Virus record (IMG/VR): IMGVR_UViG_3300037231_000119
Span: 98,447 to 162,446 of that record
Direction: 5' to 3' (one strand)
DNA length: 64,000 nt
From: a virus
In this document: positions 1-9,006 of the stretch, in pieces
Position numbering within the stretch: position 1 is the first letter of the stretch
How the letters are laid out: each line of letters opens with the position of its first letter
Translations under genes and position numbers: made by a program
The notes under the pieces: model-generated
What the model was told of the DNA's origin: nothing
The model's database searches: none
Seen by the model: the letters and a program-made list of their open reading frames with translations, nothing else

Positions 1-1158
1 TGCGCGATCGTTAGCGAATGACAACCACTTAATGTCTTCCGTGGGAGAAATGCCCATCAAAGGGGTACGAAAAGAATTCTGAACACCATTAATTGACGCT
101 TGGAATTCCTGTCTGAATTTTTCAAGAGTGGGGGAATCAACATCATCACTCTTAATAACTAATGCCCCACGAGTGGCTCGTCCATTTTGAAAATATAGAC
201 GCATCCACGTATCAATACTTATGTGTGATGTGATACTCGAAATAGCAGTTTCTATTGGTGGAATAGGATATCCATTTTTTTCCACGTCCGTAGACGGGTA
301 GAAAATGTGCATCAGAAGTTCCTTATGGGTAAAATACTGCTTAGCAATTCCCTCTACCTGCTGGCACCAAGCATACTTGTCTTCTCTGAGCTTGTCGTAG
401 TCAATTTTGATTTTATCGCCAGTGATGCGCTCAAGTTCTTTAATGGCTAAAATACGACTATTGGTTCCTGCACTTTCACCATTTCGTACCGTTTTGTAGA
501 TGGTTCCAGAGTCAATCGGCCTAAAACGGTTGAATGGGAATTCCCCGTCCTTATCTGGATCGGATTCACGATCATAAATGATTTCAGTGCCCATCCAACC
601 AAAAGTGCAGGCGTTCTCTACCTGTGTACTTAGATATTGACTAAGGGTCATCTTCTGTTGATTTTCAAGACCCTCTGTATGACCGCAGTTCAGCAAAACG
701 GTCTCTAGCCGCTTAATTCTTTCCACTACTTTTTCGTACTGTTCGGTATTAAGAAGTTTCATGAATTCCGGCAGGATTTCAATCGACATTCCCTTGTCGA
801 ATCGGTCAGCACGCTTCTTACCAAATTGACTAAGCTGTCCGCCACGAGTACGGAGGATGGCAGCAATCAAATGATCCTGGGTTCGGACCATCTTCAAAAT
901 ACTATCTGGGATCTCATTTCTTTTAGCCTTAACAACGCCCGCATAAGCATCATTATAATTCGGGCTCTCCATAAAGGTAAGAGCGGGAGCACGTTCCGTA
1001 GCCTTACCGGTCGCGTCATTCAATGCTTTTTGGAGCGGAGCAAGATCCATCTTGTTCTTATTTAGTTCTTCTAGAGGCCCCATCTTGGACGACTCAGAAA
1101 GAGTCAAAGACATCTTGCTGGGCTTAATGGCAGATTTAGGCTTTGTGTCATCAGTCAT
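1..1158 (-). CDS. Phage portal protein (3' end runs off the window)
   Basis: Not in the ORF track because it is truncated. Hand translation from the ATG at 1158 (MTDDTKPK...) and near position 1 is in one frame and includes GYPIPPIETAI...YFQNGRATRGALVIK, the G.SP/YF.NG..G pattern of portals. It lies downstream of terminase. Confidence 0.8.
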   Translation of the reverse strand, partial: MTDDTKPKSAIKPSKMSLTLSESSKMGPLEELNKNKMDLAPLQKALNDATGKATERAPALTFMESPNYNDAYAGVVKAKRNEIPDSILKMVRTQDHLIAAILRTRGGQLSQFGKKRADRFDKGMSIEILPEFMKLLNTEQYEKVVERIKRLETVLLNCGHTEGLENQQKMTLSQYLSTQVENACTFGWMGTEIIYDRESDPDKDGEFPFNRFRPIDSGTIYKTVRNGESAGTNSRILAIKELERITGDKIKIDYDKLREDKYAWCQQVEGIAKQYFTHKELLMHIFYPSTDVEKNGYPIPPIETAISSITSHISIDTWMRLYFQNGRATRGALVIKSDDVDSPTLEKFRQEFQASINGVQNSFRTPLMGISPTEDIKWLSFANDRA

Positions 1159-1161
1159 AGA

Positions 1162-1959
1162 TTAGCCCATCGAAGCAAAGAAGATATTGGCCGTAGTTAA
1201 ACTCAAATTGTTCACCGTAAGGGAGTATACTGGACCTGCCATAAAAAATACCGCTGGTTGAGTCAGGCCATTAACCGTAAAGGGATTCAGGACCATCGCC
1301 GTCCCATTGTTATATATCACGGAGATCTGTTGGTCCGATTCCATATAGATGAAGGAGGCTGGCTGATAGAAACTAACCCCTACAGTCCCAGAAGAGGTGG
1401 CAGCCTGGGACATCGTAAGGGTAGGAGCGACACTGGACGCGAATGTGATGGTCGCATCTCCAGTTCCGCTCACTAAGGTCAAAGTTCCTGAAGAGGTTGG
1501 CGCTCCAGTTTGGATGGTAGGGAGGGTTGTACCGGCCACAATGGTGCTTTGGGCCGTAAAGTTATGTCCATTGTTGGAATAAACGGCTCCAGCGGTAGCA
1601 TTAGCTGAAGTTACAGTAAATACGGTATTTGGGGATATGGCCGTGACCGTCGTTCCTACTGGGATACTGCTTCCAACGATTAGATTCCCCACAGCTATGC
1701 CCGTTGGAGAGGCCAGGATGGTCATCGTCGTAGTACTACTTACTGAATTGCTACCGGCATTCGTGGTTACTGAAAAGGGGTACGGGACGATGTTGGGGGT
1801 AGTAATTCCTGGAAGTACTTGAATTTGTTGATCATTTTCCGTATTGAACGGGATTCCGTTTATCTCTCTTAGCCATTTGAAGTTGCTCCTAGATGGCGTG
1901 GTAGTTGGCAGTAAGTCGTTGTAAGTATTGAGAAATACCTGAATATTGGTCCGCATCAT
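1162..1959 (-). CDS. Thr/Ser-rich beta-strand virion (decoration/fibre-like) protein between terminase and portal
   Basis: Shares the NATAGAxYSNNG..F...SGTLTLxxGTGDATITF module with the fibre protein at 46935-48824. AAGGGG SD upstream. Confidence 0.55.
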   Translation of the reverse strand: MMRTNIQVFLNTYNDLLPTTTPSRSNFKWLREINGIPFNTENDQQIQVLPGITTPNIVPYPFSVTTNAGSNSVSSTTTMTILASPTGIAVGNLIVGSSIPVGTTVTAISPNTVFTVTSANATAGAVYSNNGHNFTAQSTIVAGTTLPTIQTGAPTSSGTLTLVSGTGDATITFASSVAPTLTMSQAATSSGTVGVSFYQPASFIYMESDQQISVIYNNGTAMVLNPFTVNGLTQPAVFFMAGPVYSLTVNNLSLTTANIFFASMG

Positions 1960-1994
1960 AATAGAAACCCCTTAAAGATAAGATTGGCTTCAGA

Positions 1995-4900
1995 TCAAAA
2001 CGAAAAATGGAAAGACCCCTTCTTCCCTGTTCCACCTTTAGATACGGGCCCACCAATAGCCTTAGCTAGCTCTTTTTGCATCATTTCATGCTGTTCCTGG
2101 GTGTGTCTTTGCGCTTCAGGGATTGGATTGGGGAGACTAGGATCTATCATTGAAATATTGGGTCTTTGGGGTCCACTTACCGGGAACATATTTTGACCTA
2201 AATATCTCAAACTATCGCATATGTCGGCAATACCAGGAGTGTCATCTGGGGTGGAAGTAACCTGTCCCTGACCATCTAGAACAAACCTATGCTTCATTAT
2301 GGCAGTTCTGACTTTTTTGGTATTTTCTGTCTCTAGTACTTTTAGGAGCCTTTGTCCAGTTGCAGTCATAATTTTTGATCTAACTGACCCGATACCGCCC
2401 ATAACATCTTTGGTAAATTTTGGACAAGGACATCCATTTCTCACAAAAGCTTTGATATATGCTGGAGCCGAAGTATCTGCGTACCACTTCATAACACTAT
2501 ATTTTTCTTTGAAATTGACAGCTACCGGTATTAAGTCCTGAATTTCTAATTTTGGACTAGCAAAACAATCGATAATCCAAACCTCTCCACTTGGTAGTTT
2601 GGCCATTACTAAAATAACACTATCGTGGGTATGACCCCAGTCAACACCGCAGTAGATTGGGATGTCCAGAGATTTTAGGATCCCCATAATCGTATGTTCC
2701 GCAACATTAGAGGGGGCCGGATTTCCAGTCAAATCCTCAAAAGCTTGTTTTAGAGAAAGTAGATTACCTTCTTTATATCTATCCACGTATCTGGGGTAGA
2801 CGAGACCTTCAGAACCAGGGCGCCAGCACATTAACTCAGCAGAGGCAATGTCCGCATCGTTATCCGCAAATTTTTGGATTACGGACGAGATCGGTTTATA
2901 GAAACCACCGGTAGCTGTTTGCGGTTTTTGGGACAATCTGGTTCTACATACCGGCAAGAGCTTACATCCAACACACCCACCATGGACATTAGTGAGCATG
3001 TCGTATTTGGGCTTCTCGACATCGGGGAGTCCATTGAACTCCTCCCCGCTGATTTGTTTTAGGGGGAGATCTTTTACTACGAAGACATCTTGCTTAGGGA
3101 GATCCGGCTTATGTCTAGATGGGGGACAAGCTTCCGTAACGTCTAAAATATTCCAGGAAAGTATGGTCGAATTGGTCCCTTCGGCCTTATCGATTGCGGC
3201 CTGCATGTTACCAAAGTTGTATTTTCTGGTTGAAAGGTATACCTTGATACCGTGAAACCCTCTACTGAAACCCGCGATGTTCTTTCCCTGCTTGATAGCT
3301 GCTGGATCGGCCAAGTCCAATTCGTCCAAAAACAGGAAGTTTGCATGTAGGGAGTTCATTCCCTTAGGTGTGCAGACCAATATTTTAATAAAAGGGTTTT
3401 TACCATCAGGAGTTTTGTATCTGGTAGTTCTCTTGTTTTTAGTCATATTGATCCAACCGCTGATCTCTAGCAGAGGGGCAATATTGGTCAAGAAATCATC
3501 GATATAAGACATAGCGACTAGAGATTGTTCTTCGGTCGCTGCTGCATGGGCAACAGTTCTGGAAAAATGCAACATGATTAGAAGCTCTAGAATCGAGACA
3601 GAAACGGTATTGTGACTAATGAGCCCATTAGACCAATACGAATGTTCATTCTCTACGGTTAGGTCATAAAAATACTGAGGTCCTGGATCTTCTACGGAGA
3701 ACTTTTTCCACTTATTGAGCAAGATCTTTTCATATCTACGGACTATTTGAATATCGTCTTCTGAGACGTATCCATGTTCGTAGTTTTCGTTCATCCAGAG
3801 ACATAGGCGGTTGAGCTTATCAAAAGTGACACCTTTGTAGTAGGCGGCTTGATCCGTGCGATCTTTCTTGACCCTCCTATTTTTTATTTTTGCATGTCCG
3901 TATCTGTTGCACACATCTAAAAAATCTTTTATGTGAGCGATAGGAAGAGAGTCCTTGCAGTTGGGAATCTGATTTTTTTTATATCCTTGGGCTTTCTTAG
4001 CCTTAAATATGATTCCAAGTTTCTCAAACTTAGCAGACTCCGTTTGACCTATAGTCAATCTACTAACGAGATGTTTTTGAATCCCATAGAGTTTTTTATT
4101 ATGACGCACTCTAGACTCTATACCCATTGCTGCCAAGGCGATCTGCATTTGGTCTAAAAGTGGACCGGCAGTCATTTCGAAAAACGAATCGCCTTTCTTA
4201 TCCCAGCAACCGTCCGTATCAAATACGCCCGCGATAAAGCCCTTCATGGCATCGATATCGGAATAGGCGTAAGAAGGAATTGTCTTTTCCCAAGAATAGG
4301 AATTGGTGAGACCCCATTCTCTTATCTGGTCCAAAGCCCTTCTATTGGTTATTGTATAGCTTAAGTTGGTTCCTCCATAACATATATGGGAATCATGGAG
4401 GTGTTTTTCGGCAAAATAGTAAAAAAACTCTTTCGTATGACTGTCTATCGTTGTAAGTGAGAACCTACAGTATTCGTCCATTAAACTGAGACCGCCGTCA
4501 CCAACAAGCAGTCCCAAAAAATACCCGATCTCGTATTTTTCTCGATTCTTAACTACTGAATCCTTAAATCCAGTATTTACATTAACACAAATAAGGTCCG
4601 TCCCAACATTCAAATCTTTTCCGGCTACCCATTGTTCCGTACCATTTCTCAAACACCAGTATCTATGGATAGGAGTTCCGGTGGACTTAAACCCTCCGTC
4701 CAATCGGACCTCGAGTGCCGGTTTCATTCCCTCATCAAAAGTCTCCGTAACTTTTTGCCATGAGAATCCAGTCCATACAATATCTCCCCTTTTAACATCC
4801 TCGATCTTTTTAAACCCATCATAGGTCATTATAATTGTTGACTTTTTCGTACACTTCATCCCTTCTCTGCACGACATGAGAATGAAATTTGGGGTTACGT

Positions 4901-5108
4901 CCCCAGTATTATTTTTGGCAGCATTGTAGACCTGCCAGATTGCGTCCAGAGGAGATGAAGTAGATCCTGGATCTGTAATTTCCAGTGGCAGCTCAAGATC
5001 CAAAAAACAACGTGCCCAGTCTTTTATTTCCTCTGAAGACTCAAGAGGGGTAAAAAGAAGTTCGGCAAATTCTTTCTTTTGATCATCTGTTAGGGATTTA
5101 AAATCCAT
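1995..5108 (-). CDS. terL: Terminase large subunit containing a LAGLIDADG intein
   Basis: Walker A-like SCREGMK|T is split by an intein. Walker B LFLDELD; RNase H-like nuclease motifs GVDWGHTHD, WYADTS and DICDSLRY. Adjacent to portal. Confidence 0.9.
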   Translation of the reverse strand: MDFKSLTDDQKKEFAELLFTPLESSEEIKDWARCFLDLELPLEITDPGSTSSPLDAIWQVYNAAKNNTGDVTPNFILMSCREGMKCTKKSTIIMTYDGFKKIEDVKRGDIVWTGFSWQKVTETFDEGMKPALEVRLDGGFKSTGTPIHRYWCLRNGTEQWVAGKDLNVGTDLICVNVNTGFKDSVVKNREKYEIGYFLGLLVGDGGLSLMDEYCRFSLTTIDSHTKEFFYYFAEKHLHDSHICYGGTNLSYTITNRRALDQIREWGLTNSYSWEKTIPSYAYSDIDAMKGFIAGVFDTDGCWDKKGDSFFEMTAGPLLDQMQIALAAMGIESRVRHNKKLYGIQKHLVSRLTIGQTESAKFEKLGIIFKAKKAQGYKKNQIPNCKDSLPIAHIKDFLDVCNRYGHAKIKNRRVKKDRTDQAAYYKGVTFDKLNRLCLWMNENYEHGYVSEDDIQIVRRYEKILLNKWKKFSVEDPGPQYFYDLTVENEHSYWSNGLISHNTVSVSILELLIMLHFSRTVAHAAATEEQSLVAMSYIDDFLTNIAPLLEISGWINMTKNKRTTRYKTPDGKNPFIKILVCTPKGMNSLHANFLFLDELDLADPAAIKQGKNIAGFSRGFHGIKVYLSTRKYNFGNMQAAIDKAEGTNSTILSWNILDVTEACPPSRHKPDLPKQDVFVVKDLPLKQISGEEFNGLPDVEKPKYDMLTNVHGGCVGCKLLPVCRTRLSQKPQTATGGFYKPISSVIQKFADNDADIASAELMCWRPGSEGLVYPRYVDRYKEGNLLSLKQAFEDLTGNPAPSNVAEHTIMGILKSLDIPIYCGVDWGHTHDSVILVMAKLPSGEVWIIDCFASPKLEIQDLIPVAVNFKEKYSVMKWYADTSAPAYIKAFVRNGCPCPKFTKDVMGGIGSVRSKIMTATGQRLLKVLETENTKKVRTAIMKHRFVLDGQGQVTSTPDDTPGIADICDSLRYLGQNMFPVSGPQRPNISMIDPSLPNPIPEAQRHTQEQHEMMQKELAKAIGGPVSKGGTGKKGSFHFSF
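3609..4853 (-). mobile_element. Intein (415 aa) with LAGLIDADG homing endonuclease in terL
   Basis: Starts CTKKSTIIMTYDG..IEDV..GD and ends YDLTVENEHSYWSNGLISHN followed by Thr. LAGLIDADG motifs GYFLGLLVGDG and FIAGVFDTDG. Confidence 0.92.
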
Positions 5109-5118
5109 ATGGGTGACC

Positions 5119-5727
5119 CTATTCTTGTGAAATTTCTGGAAGCGGAATAATGCGTGTCGTTAGAATTTCGTAAGAAATACCAATACTTTTAAAGTAATTT
5201 GAGACCACGGATTCATCAAATGGGGCTGGCACTATCTCTATAATTTCAGCATAACTTTCATGACATTGATAAATATACGTCCAAGTACCGTCCCCGAGCT
5301 TAGACCTACCATCTATATATTTAGTAGTTAGATGTTCGTTTGATTTTGGATGAAGTATGTCTATCGTTCCGCCATTAAAAGGAAGCAGGCTAATATGGCT
5401 AATACGATATGTGTAATCTGAAAAATATCCAGTAAAACTAACATTAGGAATCAGCCTACGCAGGTCGTCTCTTATTCTCTCTCCCGTTTCCTTTAGGTCC
5501 ATAGTCAATGGAAATCTTATTTTTGAAAAAAGATCCTTTTCCGAAAATTGGAAACCTCTATAAATTTCTTCCCTAACCACTGCTGACAATCTTTCATCGT
5601 TTAAAATTTTTCTTAATTCCTTATCTATAATCCGCTCACTACAACTGAAGGATAAGCACTGATCGCTAGAGAATTTTTCCCCCAGTTCCGATAAGGAGAT
5701 GGATATTTTAAGTTTTAAATCGCGCAT
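5119..5727 (-). CDS. Hypothetical protein
   Basis: 202-aa ORF tightly packed between chaperonin and terminase. Confidence 0.6.
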   Translation of the reverse strand: MRDLKLKISISLSELGEKFSSDQCLSFSCSERIIDKELRKILNDERLSAVVREEIYRGFQFSEKDLFSKIRFPLTMDLKETGERIRDDLRRLIPNVSFTGYFSDYTYRISHISLLPFNGGTIDILHPKSNEHLTTKYIDGRSKLGDGTWTYIYQCHESYAEIIEIVPAPFDESVVSNYFKSIGISYEILTTRIIPLPEISQE

Positions 5728-5733
5728 TAAGAT

Positions 5734-7512
5734 TTATTTCCTATTTAGGGCCGGATTTTGATAGCTATCCGGATTGTTGCTTACCTTCCGCCACTCCTCA
5801 TCCAAACTGGCCTCTTTGCGCTCAAATTCAGAATCCCTAGGATGACATACGATTCCACCCAAGGTTCCAAGAACCCCAGCGATTTCGACAGAATTTCTAA
5901 GAGCTTCGGAAACGGCCCTGCAAGCATCAAAAAGTCCCAACTCTTCGGCATTCCCGAATACTTGATTTTCAATGTCGTAGACTTCATTTGGGTTTTCGAT
6001 CAGGTAATTCAAAACTTGACTAGAATCTTCCTGATTGTAGCCCGCATTATCCAATAATCTATTAAATAGCGCGATCAAGGAGGGCATCAACACCTCCCTA
6101 GCAGGGTCTCCCACTTCAAGTTCTTCTGAAATTTTAAGAGCTAGATTCAGCATTACACGGCCACCACCTGGCAAGACTCCGTGAGTAATACTGCTTCTGA
6201 CAGAACAAATTCCGTCTTCAGCTCGATCGCAGCGCTCCTTAACACTTGCAGGGCTGCACCCAATAACGGTCAACTTGGCGATACCGGATGTAATTTTGGC
6301 AACGCGCTCTTCTAGCCAACTAGCCTCGGCCTTAGATTCCGCACGCTTGAGTTGCTTCCTAAGATCTTCAGCACGGTATTCGATGTTCACTGGGTCAGGA
6401 TTACCGCTTAGAGTGCTACGGAAACGAGTCGATTCAAAGCTTTCCATACCGGTTCCAAGATCTTCGATTGTGGCTTCCGAAATCTGATACTTTAGGCCGA
6501 AAACTTTCGACCCAGTAAAGGCGGCCAAATCGGCCAACCAGTGAGACTGACCGTTCATAAACTGAACCATTGGACTTCTGATTGGCACAATCCTTAGAGT
6601 ATTTTGCTGTTCAAAATTGAAAGATAGGGTATTTATGACAGTTTCTGAAAACCCATTAGCTACCAGAACTATACTCTTCAGTTCTTTAGCGGCATTTGGA
6701 TCTTCTTGAATACGGGACTCGATAGCATTAAAGAGAGGTGCTAGAGAGATAAGGTCTTGCAGAGTGCCATCATACAAGATAAACTTGGGCTTCTCGAGAT
6801 AGCACCTCTGATTGCCTTGATCATTAATGAAACTGGGGTGGTACTTCCCTGAAGATTCTTCGAGCCCTATTGAAAAAGGGTATCCTTCTATCAGCTCGAC
6901 AGAATATCCGCCAGGACCAGGAAGCTCCCTGATCGTAACATGGCTAGATTCGCCGTAGCCTACAGCATCGAAACAGTCCAAAATCGCCTTGGCGAGTTCA
7001 CTCTCACCGTTAGCGCTAATGGTAGCTACATTGAGAAGTAGGACCTTGGATTCCTCTGTAACTTTAATACTTTGGGAGTCAATATAAGGTAAAAGACTTT
7101 CTTCCACGACCTTTTTGATCCTACGGATAGTCTTCTGGGGTGATTCCTTAGGATTTTTATCGCAGAAATCAAAGATATTCTTGATTAATTCATTGGCCAG
7201 TACGGCCGTAGTCGTTGTGCCATCTCCAGCTTGCGTTGCGGTCCTGAGAGAACAGGCTCTGGCCACATCGATAATAGAATGCTTAAATGGATTCTGGCTG
7301 GCCATCGCAGAGAAGACTCCGATACCGTCCTTACTGATACGATCGTCCAAGTCTTGATGATCGCTCTCCAGGAGAACTACCTTGCCTCCGGGCCCCATTG
7401 TAGCTCCAACAAGATCACTAATATCCCCCATAGTTTCAAGTACTAAGGCTTGAATTTTAGTTTTGTTACTGAGGTAAACTTTCGGGGCAGTTTTGCATTT
7501 TCTGTAGGACAC
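5734..7512 (-). CDS. groEL: GroEL-like group I chaperonin
   Basis: TMGPGG, SKDG, AGDGTTTTAVL, ATISANG, ERVAKI, KERCDRAED and GVLPGGG motifs. GTG start with a GGAG SD. Confidence 0.92.
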   Translation of the reverse strand: MSYRKCKTAPKVYLSNKTKIQALVLETMGDISDLVGATMGPGGKVVLLESDHQDLDDRISKDGIGVFSAMASQNPFKHSIIDVARACSLRTATQAGDGTTTTAVLANELIKNIFDFCDKNPKESPQKTIRRIKKVVEESLLPYIDSQSIKVTEESKVLLLNVATISANGESELAKAILDCFDAVGYGESSHVTIRELPGPGGYSVELIEGYPFSIGLEESSGKYHPSFINDQGNQRCYLEKPKFILYDGTLQDLISLAPLFNAIESRIQEDPNAAKELKSIVLVANGFSETVINTLSFNFEQQNTLRIVPIRSPMVQFMNGQSHWLADLAAFTGSKVFGLKYQISEATIEDLGTGMESFESTRFRSTLSGNPDPVNIEYRAEDLRKQLKRAESKAEASWLEERVAKITSGIAKLTVIGCSPASVKERCDRAEDGICSVRSSITHGVLPGGGRVMLNLALKISEELEVGDPAREVLMPSLIALFNRLLDNAGYNQEDSSQVLNYLIENPNEVYDIENQVFGNAEELGLFDACRAVSEALRNSVEIAGVLGTLGGIVCHPRDSEFERKEASLDEEWRKVSNNPDSYQNPALNRK

Positions 7513-7551
7513 GGTTAATCTCCTTGGATATTGTTACCCCTTTATATCATA

Positions 7552-7585
7552 GGACTTGCCAACATCCCCAATCCATGAGACCGTA
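7552..7585 (+). promoter_or_regulatory. Sigma70-type promoter (TTGCCA-17-GACCGT), with a near-duplicate at 8076-8109
   Basis: GGACTTGCCAAC...TGAGAC(C/T)GTA occurs twice, flanking the glycosylase gene. Confidence 0.5.
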
Positions 7586-7590
7586 TCCCT

Positions 7591-8070
7591 ATGAACATCT
7601 TCGTCTCCTCATTCAACGCTAAAGAATCCGCTCAAGCCCTAGACGACAAAAGACTAATTAAGATGATTTTGGAAACCGCTCAGATTTTATCCACCAATAT
7701 TAACTTGGCCGGTCTTAGACTTGGTCCCTACAAAACAACCCATCAAAATCACCCATGCACAATTTGGGCCAGAGGATCTCACGACAACTATCTTTGGCTA
7801 GTAGGTCATTTCGTACATCTGTGCAATGAATACGAGAAAAGATTTCATAGAGTCCATAAATGTCAGCAGTATACCCAACTATTTTATGATTGTTCTACTG
7901 ACTTGGCATATCTAAAGGAAGGATTGACAACTTTCCCAAATTGTACTACATTTAAGGATATTAAGGAAACCACTAGAGCTTATAGACTATATTTGAATGA
8001 AAAGTGGAAAAGGGATAAGAGAGTTCCTAAGTGGACCAATTCTAGGGCGCCTGAATGGATTGTGGCCTAA
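7591..8070 (+). CDS. Pyrimidine dimer DNA glycosylase/endonuclease V-like protein
   Basis: MNIF...DKRLIKMILETAQILST...YKTTHQNHPCTIWA signature of the Pyr_excise family. Confidence 0.8.
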   Translation: MNIFVSSFNAKESAQALDDKRLIKMILETAQILSTNINLAGLRLGPYKTTHQNHPCTIWARGSHDNYLWLVGHFVHLCNEYEKRFHRVHKCQQYTQLFYDCSTDLAYLKEGLTTFPNCTTFKDIKETTRAYRLYLNEKWKRDKRVPKWTNSRAPEWIVA

Positions 8071-8126
8071 AATTGGGACTTGCCAACGCTCCCGATATGT
8101 GAGACTGTAATAAAAAGGACGTATTT

Positions 8127-8288
8127 ATGAAAACCAGGGCTATAACGAATACAGACGCCAAAAAGTTTCAAATGGAAGTAGACAGTATATTAAATCAATT
8201 TTCTGATTTTTCTAAATTTAAGGTATTTTATTCTACAGAACTTGCGAATGGACACATTTTTTATTGCGCCCTGATTATTTGGAATTAA
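8127..8288 (+). CDS. Small hypothetical protein (53 aa)
   Basis: AAGGA SD, ATG at 8127, TAA at 8286-8288. Below the ORF-track cutoff. Confidence 0.5.
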   Translation: MKTRAITNTDAKKFQMEVDSILNQFSDFSKFKVFYSTELANGHIFYCALIIWN

Positions 8289-8356
8289 TCCCCCCCCGCG
8301 TCACCTGCAAAGTGGTGAGGCTGACCCGGCTTGGGGTCTTTTAAGGAAGAGAAGGT

Positions 8357-8623
8357 ATGAGTCGCTTTGTATTTTTTGAAAATGGGGTGAGAATCGGACC
8401 AGTTTTGTCATGGACATATATAGATAGGAGCAAAAATGATCAGCTGGATCAATGCCAATTCGAGCTTAAGAAATTGCCCAGATTCAACTCTTTAAATACT
8501 ATCGTATTTGATAATTCTACAGAGTTTGTGCTGGATATAGAGGCCATAAATGGTAATTTTGTATTGGCTAATATTGTAGCAAAGAATGATATAAGCGCTA
8601 AGGTGAATAGGTTCTCTACTTAA
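8357..8623 (+). CDS. Hypothetical protein
   Basis: ORF in the plus-strand run of genes. Confidence 0.55.
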   Translation: MSRFVFFENGVRIGPVLSWTYIDRSKNDQLDQCQFELKKLPRFNSLNTIVFDNSTEFVLDIEAINGNFVLANIVAKNDISAKVNRFST

Positions 8624-8670
8624 GGACAAATCGCTTGACAAATGACGCCTTTATGGGGCAAGATGGAGAA

Positions 8671-9006
8671 ATGAGATATATCGAAGAATTGATTCTTGTT
8701 GTGGAGAAGGCACAAAAAGTTATACTTGTCGAGTGTGAAAAGGAACTATTCTTATTTCACTTCAATATTGGCAATATAGCTCTAGTTCTTAAGGCAAAGT
8801 CCAGTAGCTGGATGACATACAACGGCCTTAAAAATGAAATAAGTATTATATTAAAAGAAGAGAACGGTAACACCGTAGAGGACTGGTCATTCTATAAGAA
8901 TGAGGATTTGGGCGTATGTCTTCAAACATTAATGAAATTACACGAAAAGTCCGATAGGAATACTCCCTCTCTAACAGAAATATTAGATCCAGACCAAAAT
9001 AAATGA
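8671..9006 (+). CDS. Hypothetical protein
   Basis: The track start (TTG at 8635) overlaps a TTGACA -35 box, so the ATG at 8671 is more likely. The stop overlaps the helicase start. Confidence 0.5.
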   Translation: MRYIEELILVVEKAQKVILVECEKELFLFHFNIGNIALVLKAKSSSWMTYNGLKNEISIILKEENGNTVEDWSFYKNEDLGVCLQTLMKLHEKSDRNTPSLTEILDPDQNK

